The notes under the pieces are model-generated. The model had not been told where the DNA came from, searched no databases, and saw only the letters and a list, made by a program, of their open reading frames with translations. A stretch of DNA of 64,000 nucleotides from a virus. Its lineage: Duplodnaviria > Caudoviricetes. The translations under genes were made by a program, and so were the position numbers. Position 1 is the first letter of the stretch. Every line of letters begins with the position of its first letter. This document shows, piece by piece, positions 16,501-24,572 of this stretch. The DNA lies in IMG/VR virus record IMGVR_UViG_3300012007_000015, positions 16,927-80,926 of that record; one strand, written 5' to 3'.

Positions 16501-19129
16501 TATAGAGGATGACATCTGCAGTGGCCGCATTACGTTCCAGCAGGGCCTGTCATCTATCGGAGAGATAATCCTGTATGGCGGTATACGTAGCGATATTTTC
16601 GTGAGCGGACTGTATACAGGACGAGGATGGAAGGTCGATGAACTTGGCAACGCAGAGTTTGAGTCTCTTCGTGTACGCTCTTTCCTTGAAATCGTAGAGC
16701 TTCTTGTCAACCGCATGCAGGCACAGGAAGGTGATACCATGTTTACGGACAACGACGTGATAGACAAGGTCACTCCGTACGACCTTACGGCAGTCTCTGC
16801 TTTAGATTCTGATAATCCAAGTCTATACGGGTGGTACGAACTCGTCGATAACGAATATGTGCTTTCTGGCGACAGGCGAGTAGTCTCTGGGAAAACATAC
16901 TACAAGGCGTCTTCGTTAATTCTTTCCCTCAAGGAAAAGTACAACGGATACTACACGTCTCAGAAACTCGGCAACATTCTTAGGGGTGTCATTAATATTC
17001 AGGCGGCTGTTGACTCTGGACTTGTTAAAGACCAAGACACCCGAGATATGGTCTTCTATACATCTTGGATGAAGGTCATACAGACTGCTACCGAGTCTAC
17101 AGGCTCTGGTAATCCAACTCTGACTACCAACCAGATTCGGGTTGAGCTGTACTACGACGACGAAGTTCCTGGTGGCAGAAACTTTGCTCCTTGTGAGCTG
17201 ATGACCATAGCACGCTGGGGAAATATTCTTGACCCACAAGAGCAGGGCATCTCTGATGCCGAGAAGAGGCGCAGGCTTGCTCTGTGCTCGTCATTCTATA
17301 TCAGTACTACCGACGGACGTATAACCAAGCTCAACAACGTTCGGGCACCGATACTGACCGACGACAACTATGGAACTACGCTCGGCATCCTTCCTGAGTT
17401 TGTGCAGCAGTATACCTCCATCGCCCCTCGTATCGCAGACGGGCAAGACTACCTGTATGCGCAGGGTGTCGTCGTGCAGGACTTCATAAAGATTGACCGC
17501 AATGGCAATGTGGTTTCCGAGGGCAACACCGAAAAGGAAAAGACAATATACAAGTGGGCGGACACAAAGCCTGCAACACCGACAGGAACAAACATTCCTC
17601 CTGCAGGGTGGTCTGAATCTCCCAACGTAACATTCCCAGACATCGAGCTTGACGGCCCAGAGCCAGAAGGCCAATACACAAAGGTCGTGCAGAGAATAGA
17701 CTTCTATGCTACGGAAGGCAACGCAACACTCACACTGAATGCCGCTGTGTCAAGTGAGGCCGACTATGATTTCCTTCTTATCGGAAAACTCGATAAGGAT
17801 GATTTATATAACCTTCCTGCAGTTGATATTTGGAATGACGTTGACAACACTGGTGATTACTATGTACTCGCTTTGAGCGGAGAAAACTCACGTTCGTACA
17901 CGTTTAGCGGTATATCTGCTGGAAGTCATCACGTATACGTCGCATTTGTCAGCGACAGAAACACAATACATGGAGCAAACAACGGAATCATCTCTTACGT
18001 TAGCTCAACCAATGTTACCCCTGCCAAGCACCTGTGGGTTAGCAAGGGAGACCTTGTCAACGGTGCTCTTTCTGGAAGCTGGAGCGAACCGATACAAGAG
18101 AACGGTGTAGACGGACAAGACGGACAAGACGGACAAGATGGCGCGAGGGGTAAGGTCGGTAGATTCTTCTACTATGCAGGAGACTTCTCTCTGCAAGACC
18201 AAACAAACTACGTCATCAATGACGCTCAGGCTCCATACTTCTCCCATGTGGAGGACGGTCAGACATTGTACCATGTGTTCAACCCAGAAACAAATCCGTC
18301 TGGTGGCACGATGACAACCTCGCAGATGTGGGCCGCAAGTAGTAATAACTGGAACAATGCTCCGTGGGAGGTGATGACCAACGACTTCAAGTACATTATC
18401 ACGGAAGCGTTATTCGCAAACTTCGCACTGCTTGGTAGCTTTGTCGTAAACCTCGACTTCTTCTTGTCGCAGTACGGAACGCTGATAAGCAACAGTGGTG
18501 GCACAATCACAAGGACTACGATTGACGCCACAAACTATCATACTCTCGTTGATGGTGCTTTGCCGTACACATACTTTGATGCGAGCGACCCAGAGGGAGA
18601 AACCGACCCTGCTTCTGGCGGTCATAAGTTCGTTCCGTCACTGTATCAGAATGCCAAGACAGGAAGAATTGTCGGCGATAATTGCAAGTTTATAAATATG
18701 GTCGCTAAAGGCGGCACATTCGATGGTATAACTGCAACCAACGCAGACATATCTGGAATACTAAGGTCTCCAGTCGTTTATTCCCCATTTTACGAAGTTG
18801 GAGGCGGCGATGTTGTCGATTTGAATGCGTCACTTGTTGCCACAAGATTTACGGAAGCAGGAATCGCTGGTATTGCAACTATCTATCTTCCTGCAGCGAG
18901 GGATTGTAACGGACTTGAGTTGAACTTCTTTTCTCCAAGGTTTACAAGGAGTGTGATGACAACAATAAAGATAAAGGCGAGTGGGAGTGATTTTTTATTG
19001 ATACCAGACGGAAGTGGATATTATTCGGACTGCCCGAATGGGGCTGTAGTAGACATAAACATTTTTGTAACTATAGTTTCTATCGGAAACAACTGGGTTC
19101 TGCTAAACGGAACTGTGACACCTTTATAA
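13574..19129 (+). CDS. Large tail/host-specificity protein (1851 aa)
   Basis: N-terminal lectin-like VEYIENTG..YIDTG domain, Bacteroidota phage tail motifs (GWKVDELGNAEFESLRVRS), short GQD collagen-like repeat at ~18110-18140. Confidence 0.75.
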   Translation: MKIPYDIYKTMITRGLTPVEYIENTGNDAYIDTGIKPTEIHSLYVEYKASEITYDRPMYIAGALRTVSADTFAIVFKDARHEDSYARFGSESYEYAECDTNKHSVMLDDTKLYYDGELVNTFSGQKGTCRYNIFLFHVNYYGSALSDRCLVGRIYRARLCDNAGNSVKDYYPCINASGDVGMFDAVSKAFVGSANSDTFTAGNVVRDVYDELPIIANGSSFHNLALRKYTVDSVVMSLGDKITGDIVWKDTSLVFSMQEYVVYAGTKYVLVNPPTVVREGMVADNSELKGAAKYSLTFYHPMYMLGNFPFTDIAVTDDEQKYLSESKTFSWIGTLFDFIAKLNANLQGTEWVVRANIPHYEQDGETVTSQWQKASTTSEVMSFDKNYISEALKKAYDEWEIPFTITDATNIAGKKYVIEFGLPSQEIYGDDGVTPYVFRFGQGVGLKNNSKTPRNNKIITRIVGCGAERNVPYGYPQIPWYGDQTWNYTINNASGMQPITVGGVTIQAMSYPIYDGVVGGQPTKLIKHPFTRKTLMPSIYGQTLFNKVSPYLSDGTANPNYNPNTTLVDYYDAIDELGGIQYPNNINPLAPSVEHHQFEKVYPKLGDKTLVNVLPYDDKTYISWNTFYSEINSYIANSNNDNEKSFLNSCREAVYHCDYGLSFDIESRGGSYTGKSVGQSYKYGGGWWVDVSYTSDNVNFKRNVYLGSYNPSKVVEWDDTYDSEKDEYKQSYFKMRLPLLDFDLYACAIYNEEMKINMRSGACIGCSFPIQIDWDDYKANFYTPDGTFAPDGEQRNTIKYPKSNVSQIAVVCKKEVETFGTLMPNIYQQPATGDLFTILGINLPNSYISSAQTELDGDMKEYMLENNVHYFDYPLKFDELFLKKRQAILDQIKNNCIVRFESDSTEIALYIKQITKKYGESPLPKYDITLADDIEIVLNSIGQVTDDVSRMRVQMSDIQKYYSESIIREIKNKLSRIEDDICSGRITFQQGLSSIGEIILYGGIRSDIFVSGLYTGRGWKVDELGNAEFESLRVRSFLEIVELLVNRMQAQEGDTMFTDNDVIDKVTPYDLTAVSALDSDNPSLYGWYELVDNEYVLSGDRRVVSGKTYYKASSLILSLKEKYNGYYTSQKLGNILRGVINIQAAVDSGLVKDQDTRDMVFYTSWMKVIQTATESTGSGNPTLTTNQIRVELYYDDEVPGGRNFAPCELMTIARWGNILDPQEQGISDAEKRRRLALCSSFYISTTDGRITKLNNVRAPILTDDNYGTTLGILPEFVQQYTSIAPRIADGQDYLYAQGVVVQDFIKIDRNGNVVSEGNTEKEKTIYKWADTKPATPTGTNIPPAGWSESPNVTFPDIELDGPEPEGQYTKVVQRIDFYATEGNATLTLNAAVSSEADYDFLLIGKLDKDDLYNLPAVDIWNDVDNTGDYYVLALSGENSRSYTFSGISAGSHHVYVAFVSDRNTIHGANNGIISYVSSTNVTPAKHLWVSKGDLVNGALSGSWSEPIQENGVDGQDGQDGQDGARGKVGRFFYYAGDFSLQDQTNYVINDAQAPYFSHVEDGQTLYHVFNPETNPSGGTMTTSQMWAASSNNWNNAPWEVMTNDFKYIITEALFANFALLGSFVVNLDFFLSQYGTLISNSGGTITRTTIDATNYHTLVDGALPYTYFDASDPEGETDPASGGHKFVPSLYQNAKTGRIVGDNCKFINMVAKGGTFDGITATNADISGILRSPVVYSPFYEVGGGDVVDLNASLVATRFTEAGIAGIATIYLPAARDCNGLELNFFSPRFTRSVMTTIKIKASGSDFLLIPDGSGYYSDCPNGAVVDINIFVTIVSIGNNWVLLNGTVTPL

Positions 19130-19141
19130 ACAATAACGACT

Positions 19142-19567
19142 ATGAAGATAATATTCAACGATTACATACCCTTTAAGGGTTTCAGCGCGATAACGGTATA
19201 TCCGTTTGTATTCGTGCGCGACGATGCCAAGATTAATAACAGGGTTATCAACCACGAGAACATCCATGCTCATCAGCAGGTGGAGACAATCTGTCTGACT
19301 GCAGCGGTTGTTGTTTGCGGTATCATCACGAGGATTCTGTCTCCGTGGTTCCTGCTTGCAATACCGATTTCGTACTATGTGTTCTACGTGCTTGAATACG
19401 CCATCAGGTATATTCTGTACGGATTCAACCATGACGCAGCGTACAAAAACATCTCGTCCGAGCAGGAGGCGTACCTCAACGACTTCGACCTGACGTACCT
19501 TGACAGGAGAAAGAGATTTGATAATCTAAAGTATCTGTTCAAGCGTACATACAGGCCGAAACAGTAA
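19142..19567 (+). CDS. Membrane protein with HExxH (zincin-like) motif
   Basis: NHENIHAHQQVE, hydrophobic helices, downstream EQEAY. Confidence 0.55.
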   Translation: MKIIFNDYIPFKGFSAITVYPFVFVRDDAKINNRVINHENIHAHQQVETICLTAAVVVCGIITRILSPWFLLAIPISYYVFYVLEYAIRYILYGFNHDAAYKNISSEQEAYLNDFDLTYLDRRKRFDNLKYLFKRTYRPKQ

Positions 19568-19586
19568 CAAAACAAATACCTATTTT

Positions 19587-19618
19587 AAACGCCTCGGTGA
19601 AAATCGGGGCGTTTTTTT
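19587..19618 (+). terminator. Rho-independent terminator ending the terminase-tail operon
   Basis: aaacgcctcg-gtgaaaat-cggggcgttt followed by a T run. Confidence 0.85.
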
Positions 19619-19776
19619 ATGCAAAAAAAATCGCAAAGTTTCTTGTAACTAATTCAAGTTGAAACGGTTACAAGAAATTAAAGTTCCAAAAAACAGAAAC
19701 AAAAATTATTTTGCCCCGCGAAAGCCTTTAAACAAAGGGCTTTAGAAAGTTGCATACGGACTTAAAAACGTTAGGT

Positions 19777-19807
19777 TTTGAACTACTTTCTTTGGTGCGT
19801 AACTTTG
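19777..19807 (+). promoter_or_regulatory. Bacteroidota sigma-A promoter for the 19.9-23.3 kb cassette
   Basis: TTTG-N19-TAACTTTG exact consensus. Confidence 0.8.
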
Positions 19808-19876
19808 CTGCCGTAACGTTACAACAAAGCGAATTTATAACTAAAAGTTTAACAAATCTAAATCTTACTAAAAGTT

Positions 19877-20803
19877 ATGGCAGAGATTTATCAACTCCCA
19901 AGTGAAAATTCGGGAAACAATGGGGCAAACATCCCCTTCTCAATTCCCATCGGCTTCGGCGGCATGGGTAACAACGGGTTCGGTTTCGGAAACGGAATGA
20001 ACGGCATATACGACCTTCTTGGCGTAGCCATTATTGCATCATTGTTTGGATGGAACAATGGTGGCTTCGGCGGTTTTGGCGGTGGTTTCGGTGGCGCTGG
20101 TGGCGCAGGCTTTATCAGCAACCAACTGAACAATGATAGCGGTCGCGAGTTAATTATGAACGCTATTACCGCACAGGGCGAGGCAGCACGCACAGCCATT
20201 CAGACTATGAGTACAATGGTTGGTCAAGACTTCAACCTCTTAAACGCAGGTATTCAGTCTGCTCAGAACACTCTGAATCAGATTGCCAACCAGCTTGGTA
20301 TGTCTACCTTGCAGATGATTAACGCTGTACAGTCTGGTGACGCTAACGTAATTAGCACCTTGCAGAGCTGTTGCTGTCAGACGCAGAAGCAGATTATGGA
20401 ACAGGGCTACCAGTCTCAGATTGCAACCCTCAACCAGACCAATCAGCTTGGCTCGCAGGCAGACCGCAACACCAATTCGTTGCTGAACGCAATCAACGCA
20501 CAGACCGTTGCAATGAACGACCAGTTCTGCGCAGCCCGTGAGCGTGATATGCAGGCTAAGATTGACACGCAGGCTGACATCATCACTCAGCTTCGTGGTC
20601 AAATAGACAATCAGGCACAGACAAACCAAATTATTGGATACGTCAACAGCGTTATTGCACCTTTGCAGAAAACTGTGACCGAGATTGCTGACAAGCAATT
20701 GCCGACTGTGCCTGTGGTTTATCCGAACATCCAAGCCATCAACAACACTCCGTACATGGGTGGTTTCTACGGCAACGGGTGGAACGGTAATGTTGTATTT
20801 TAA
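19877..20803 (+). CDS. Gly/Phe-rich, TM-containing, Gln/Asn-rich coiled-coil protein with CCC motif (function unknown)
   Basis: GFGGFGGGFGG low-complexity flanks around a hydrophobic helix, long heptads, QSCCCQ. Confidence 0.85.
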   Translation: MAEIYQLPSENSGNNGANIPFSIPIGFGGMGNNGFGFGNGMNGIYDLLGVAIIASLFGWNNGGFGGFGGGFGGAGGAGFISNQLNNDSGRELIMNAITAQGEAARTAIQTMSTMVGQDFNLLNAGIQSAQNTLNQIANQLGMSTLQMINAVQSGDANVISTLQSCCCQTQKQIMEQGYQSQIATLNQTNQLGSQADRNTNSLLNAINAQTVAMNDQFCAARERDMQAKIDTQADIITQLRGQIDNQAQTNQIIGYVNSVIAPLQKTVTEIADKQLPTVPVVYPNIQAINNTPYMGGFYGNGWNGNVVF

Positions 20804-20822
20804 CGCATAAGGAGGCTGGAAT

Positions 20823-21164
20823 ATGGGATGCGCTAATATAACAACTAACGCTGGAGGAATACCGTATCTGAGTACGTCCAACGTGACGATTTCAACTACG
20901 TCGGTAGACCTCGCACTCGGCTGGAATCGGAGGGGTTTACCTCCTGTGGGTTTCTTTACCGTGAGAGTTGCTGACGCTATACCTGCAGACACCACGACAA
21001 CGCTGCCTGTTACGGTAACATTTAACGGTGTTACGCGTAACCTGACTCTGTTCGATGGAACACAGGTGACAGCAGCAGAAATCCTCAACGGCACAGGAGC
21101 CTTGCTTATCTTCAACGACAGGTTCAACAATCTGCTCCAGCTGATGAGCCGTACAACCGTCTAA
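20823..21164 (+). CDS. Small beta-rich hypothetical protein (cassette gene 2)
   Basis: 113 aa Thr/Val-rich ORF in tight operon spacing. Confidence 0.8.
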   Translation: MGCANITTNAGGIPYLSTSNVTISTTSVDLALGWNRRGLPPVGFFTVRVADAIPADTTTTLPVTVTFNGVTRNLTLFDGTQVTAAEILNGTGALLIFNDRFNNLLQLMSRTTV

Positions 21165-21188
21165 TCACAAATCAAAAAAGTAAACATT

Positions 21189-21725
21189 ATGGACTTCAAT
21201 TCATTAGGTAACGGTAATCCGTTCTACGTTCTCCGTAAGGGAGAAAAGCCATACCTTGAAGTTGGTGTGGTCAAGTCAAAGTCTCAGCCGAGGGCCCAGT
21301 ATCCGATGCAGACTCCGAATCTCGGTATCGGCATGCAGATGCAACAGGTCGTCGATGTGACGGCAACCATCAATGGCAAGGACGAGACATTCCAGAATCT
21401 TCCCATAAACGTTGAGATAGCATCAAGGGGTAACGACACGTTCAGCGGTTCGAGGGAGGCGATGCTGCAGGCCGTAGACGCTATGCTGCAGACTTCCAAG
21501 AAGGCCATCGAACAGGTTCCTTATCACAAGGGTGTCATCGCAGAGTCCGAGAAGATGCTCGAATTACTCAATCCTCAGTATGCGGAGAACAAGCAGAACG
21601 CGAGGGTTATCCAGTCCTTGCAGGAGAAGCAGAAGGCACAGGAGCAGCAGCTGGCAGAGCTAAAGGCCCAGAACAGCGAAATGCTCACGATACTGCGACA
21701 GTTGAACGGTGGAGCCGCTACCTAA
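21189..21725 (+). CDS. Hypothetical protein, beta N-terminus plus coiled-coil C-terminus (cassette gene 3)
   Basis: 178 aa ORF with an AT-rich leader. Confidence 0.8.
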   Translation: MDFNSLGNGNPFYVLRKGEKPYLEVGVVKSKSQPRAQYPMQTPNLGIGMQMQQVVDVTATINGKDETFQNLPINVEIASRGNDTFSGSREAMLQAVDAMLQTSKKAIEQVPYHKGVIAESEKMLELLNPQYAENKQNARVIQSLQEKQKAQEQQLAELKAQNSEMLTILRQLNGGAAT

Positions 21726-21761
21726 TGGTAGGAGCCCTGTAAACAAAGAAAGGAAAGTAAT

Positions 21762-21980
21762 ATGGGATATATTTTTGTAGACAGAGATGGCGATGGAATC
21801 CGCAACGAAATGCGGAGGAATATGCGCGAGTCCATGAAACATGACGGCTACAGTCCGATGATGCGCGGTGATTCCGAGAAGGAGCACTGGTATCGTATGG
21901 GCTACAAGGAAGGCTGGCATGACCACGAGGACGAGATGGATATGCGTCGCGCCCGTGACAGCAGAGGCAGGTTCATCTGA
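21762..21980 (+). CDS. Small Arg/Met/Asp-rich protein (cassette gene 4)
   Basis: 72 aa, ends RRARDSRGRFI. Confidence 0.75.
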   Translation: MGYIFVDRDGDGIRNEMRRNMRESMKHDGYSPMMRGDSEKEHWYRMGYKEGWHDHEDEMDMRRARDSRGRFI

Positions 21981-21986
21981 TTTTCA

Positions 21987-22026
21987 AAATAAGGTTGGGG
22001 CGTCTTCGGATTCTCCGACCTTATTT
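21987..22026. terminator. Hairpin with cUUCGg tetraloop, terminator-like
   Basis: aaataaggttgggg-cgtc-TTCG-gatt-ctccgaccttattt. Confidence 0.7.
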
Positions 22027-22135
22027 AGAAAACAAGAAATGAAAAGTAGGTGTTTCCGCTTATTTTATATCAAATTATTTAAATAAGCAGGCTAAAACAT
22101 CCTTAATGTTCAACTTAAAAAGAAAACAAGAAAAT

Positions 22136-22534
22136 ATGAAATACTTAATGTCGGAAGAAGAAGCGGCCTATATGGACTTGTATCATGGTCATTTCAGCAG
22201 GAAGCTTGCTGCGTGGGCCATCGGGAACATGGTCATGGTAGACCCAGCTACGGGAAAGGAGAAGAGCGTCACCATGCACTCTGTAGATGATGTTATGGAA
22301 ATCCTTAAAACGAACGGCGTCAAGATTCCCGTCGAGAGCAAGATAGATGCTTGGTACCTTTACCACATGACACTTGCTGATTATCCAGAGTCACTTACTA
22401 CGGACAAACAGAGGTCTATTTTTGTAGAAGAGACTATCTGCGACCCAGACGGAGAAGACACAAACATCCTCGCATGCTTCGTGGCCAAGATGTGCAACAA
22501 AGGTGTGCCTATTTACTGGGAGGAGTTTGCATGA
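22136..22534 (+). CDS. Helical hypothetical protein (cassette gene 5)
   Basis: MKYLMSEEE start preferred over the upstream ATG at 22106. Confidence 0.75.
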   Translation: MKYLMSEEEAAYMDLYHGHFSRKLAAWAIGNMVMVDPATGKEKSVTMHSVDDVMEILKTNGVKIPVESKIDAWYLYHMTLADYPESLTTDKQRSIFVEETICDPDGEDTNILACFVAKMCNKGVPIYWEEFA

Positions 22535-22920
22535 AACAGGCTTATCTCAAATTTCCTCGTAACGAGTGGGGTGTCGTTGTAGTATGCGACTTTGATACGG
22601 ACTTGGAGTATGATGAGATGTATGAGCAGCTCAGAAGCTTCGGAATGAGCCAGTACAACATCAAGAAAGCGTTGAACATACTTTCCGCATACAACACTGG
22701 TATGCACGTAAGCAATAACACGCTCAAGATGTCGGCCATATACATCTCTAATACGACAACGCCGAGCGAATGGTGGGACACTGCGGCCCATGAGCTTGCC
22801 CATACCGTAGTATCCATTATAGACCACTACAATGTGCCGTATTACTCTGAGGACGCGGCATATCTTGCTGGATTCTTAATGAAGCAGCTCGTGGAGCAAG
22901 TTGCGGAGCCATGCAAATAA
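22531..22920 (+). CDS. HExxH metallopeptidase-like protein (cassette gene 6)
   Basis: ATGA-coupled start at 22531; AAHELAH plus downstream EDAAY. Confidence 0.7.
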   Translation: MKQAYLKFPRNEWGVVVVCDFDTDLEYDEMYEQLRSFGMSQYNIKKALNILSAYNTGMHVSNNTLKMSAIYISNTTTPSEWWDTAAHELAHTVVSIIDHYNVPYYSEDAAYLAGFLMKQLVEQVAEPCK

Positions 22921-22944
22921 TTAACCAAACAAAACAGTAAAACT

Positions 22945-23289
22945 ATGGAAAGAGAAAAGCTATTGAAGGAGTACGAGGCCACACTTGAGAGCCTTATCGA
23001 GAAGACGAAGTTCGTTTATTCTGAGGAGTTCTATACACTCGATGAAATCGAAAAACAGAAGTACACCAAGGACAAGCTGGCGACAGAGGGTCATCTTGGC
23101 ACACTCTGTAATATCCTGTGGGGTAAGAATCAGTTCTCCATGGGCGGCATGTCAGACCTGTTTGCCTTGGGTATCATCGGCTCTATGTTTGGAGGCGGTT
23201 GGGGCAATACTCCGTTACCCTCATTTGGTAGCGAAGGAACCCTCAAGAACGAGCTGAATGTTGGCGCCGATGAGCAAGAACGCAAATAA
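22945..23289 (+). CDS. Hypothetical protein with Gly-flanked hydrophobic C-terminal helix (cassette gene 7)
   Basis: 114 aa; DLFALGIIGSMFGGGW segment. Confidence 0.75.
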   Translation: MEREKLLKEYEATLESLIEKTKFVYSEEFYTLDEIEKQKYTKDKLATEGHLGTLCNILWGKNQFSMGGMSDLFALGIIGSMFGGGWGNTPLPSFGSEGTLKNELNVGADEQERK

Positions 23290-23344
23290 AGCCCGACAAG
23301 AGCGTTTCTTGGTGTCGGCGGATAAGTTCAGGGAGGATATGAAA

Positions 23345-23384
23345 AATCCCGTCAGAGGCAAATGAAATGGCCAAAGACGGGATT
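23345..23384. terminator. Hairpin between convergent operons
   Basis: aatcccgtc...gacgggatt 9-bp inverted repeat; a second hairpin lies at ~23293-23318. Confidence 0.6.
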
Positions 23385-23404
23385 CTCCGTGTCGTTATGC
23401 CTCG

Positions 23405-23761
23405 TTAGATATGTAGTTCTTCCTTGATAAAATCCAAAAGGTTAAAAGCGGATTGTTTGTACGGCATCTTGTTATCCAGCCTATTTTTCCGTGGAACCAA
23501 GAATACTCCGTACTCTATTCCGTTACACAAGTTGTATCGCGAGTCTATCTTCTCCTCTGACCACTGGTACTTCTCAAACGCTTCCGCGATTGAGATGTTT
23601 TCATGAACCGCCTGTTGCAGGTAAAGGAATGCGACCGTCTTCTTCTTTTTCTTTGCAATCTGTTCTGCGACGTCGTCCAGCAGAACATTCATCAGTTTAT
23701 TAATCTGTTCTTTCGGATACACCGCATCAAGTATGTCTCGTAATTGTTCTTGTTTGCTCAT
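23405..23761 (-). CDS. Hypothetical protein
   Basis: 118 aa ORF, last of the minus-strand block. Confidence 0.7.
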   Translation of the reverse strand: MSKQEQLRDILDAVYPKEQINKLMNVLLDDVAEQIAKKKKKTVAFLYLQQAVHENISIAEAFEKYQWSEEKIDSRYNLCNGIEYGVFLVPRKNRLDNKMPYKQSAFNLLDFIKEELHI

Positions 23762-23762
23762 A

Positions 23763-24125
23763 TTATCTTAGCATTAGGTACATCTTCATCATGTCGTTCT
23801 CTACCTTGATGTCGTTGAAGCCGAGTTTATGGTACAAATCCATCACAAACGGCTCCTGTACGGAATTGAGGTCGATTCGGAATATTCCCCTCTTGATACA
23901 GTAGTCTATCGCCATTGATAGCAGTTCCCTCGCATAGCCCTGCTGTCTGCACTCTGGAACCACGGACAGACCTGCAAGATAGCAAACGTTTGGGTCTACG
24001 TCCTCGAAGTACAGGTCTACCATAGCGGCACCATCATGCGTGATTATGGTTGCAGTCTCACCCCAACTCCATCTGTTCTTGTGTATATGTGTCATAATCC
24101 TTTCTGTTCTATTACGAATCTCCAA
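23763..24125 (-). CDS. GNAT-family acetyltransferase
   Basis: Motif A LSVVPECRQQGYARELL and C-terminal LYHKLGF. Confidence 0.85.
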   Translation of the reverse strand: MEIRNRTERIMTHIHKNRWSWGETATIITHDGAAMVDLYFEDVDPNVCYLAGLSVVPECRQQGYARELLSMAIDYCIKRGIFRIDLNSVQEPFVMDLYHKLGFNDIKVENDMMKMYLMLR

Positions 24126-24560
24126 ACTTTATTAATCTCGTTCTGCACTGGCACATCAGTTGTTATGAGGCAATTCAGGTTTTTGCCAGACATGATTATT
24201 ACAGAGAGCGTCTTGAAAATACACTCGTAGGCATCAATCTTCTGCTGCATGCGTGCGACCTCGCTAATCTCGTTGTCATTTAGTCTTAGATTTTCCATAT
24301 TCCTTACACTTATTATAGTAGTATTCAAGCAATTTTGTTAGCGCAAAGTCATTAACCCATTTGGGGTCTTCGATAAATGTTAGAATTGTTGCAGAGTCTC
24401 GGTTGATGTCGTACAACATACTGTCAAGCGGCTGCTTGATAAATTCTTCTAACTTGATAGATTTCAATCCATCAATGTCGGCATATACCAAATTGCCTTT
24501 GTCCCATTCTGCAAGCACCTTGTCACGGATGCTTTCAAACATTTCTTTTTCCAATTCCAT
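24092..24560 (-). CDS. Two small hypothetical proteins (24276-24560 and 24092-24298)
   Basis: Overlapping, coupled ORFs. Confidence 0.6.
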
Positions 24561-24572
24561 AAGCGTTAAAGT

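Noticed and set aside
18108-18140. (GGACAAGAC)3 tandem repeat
   Set aside because: Ordinary collagen-like Gly-Gln-Asp linker within the tail protein.
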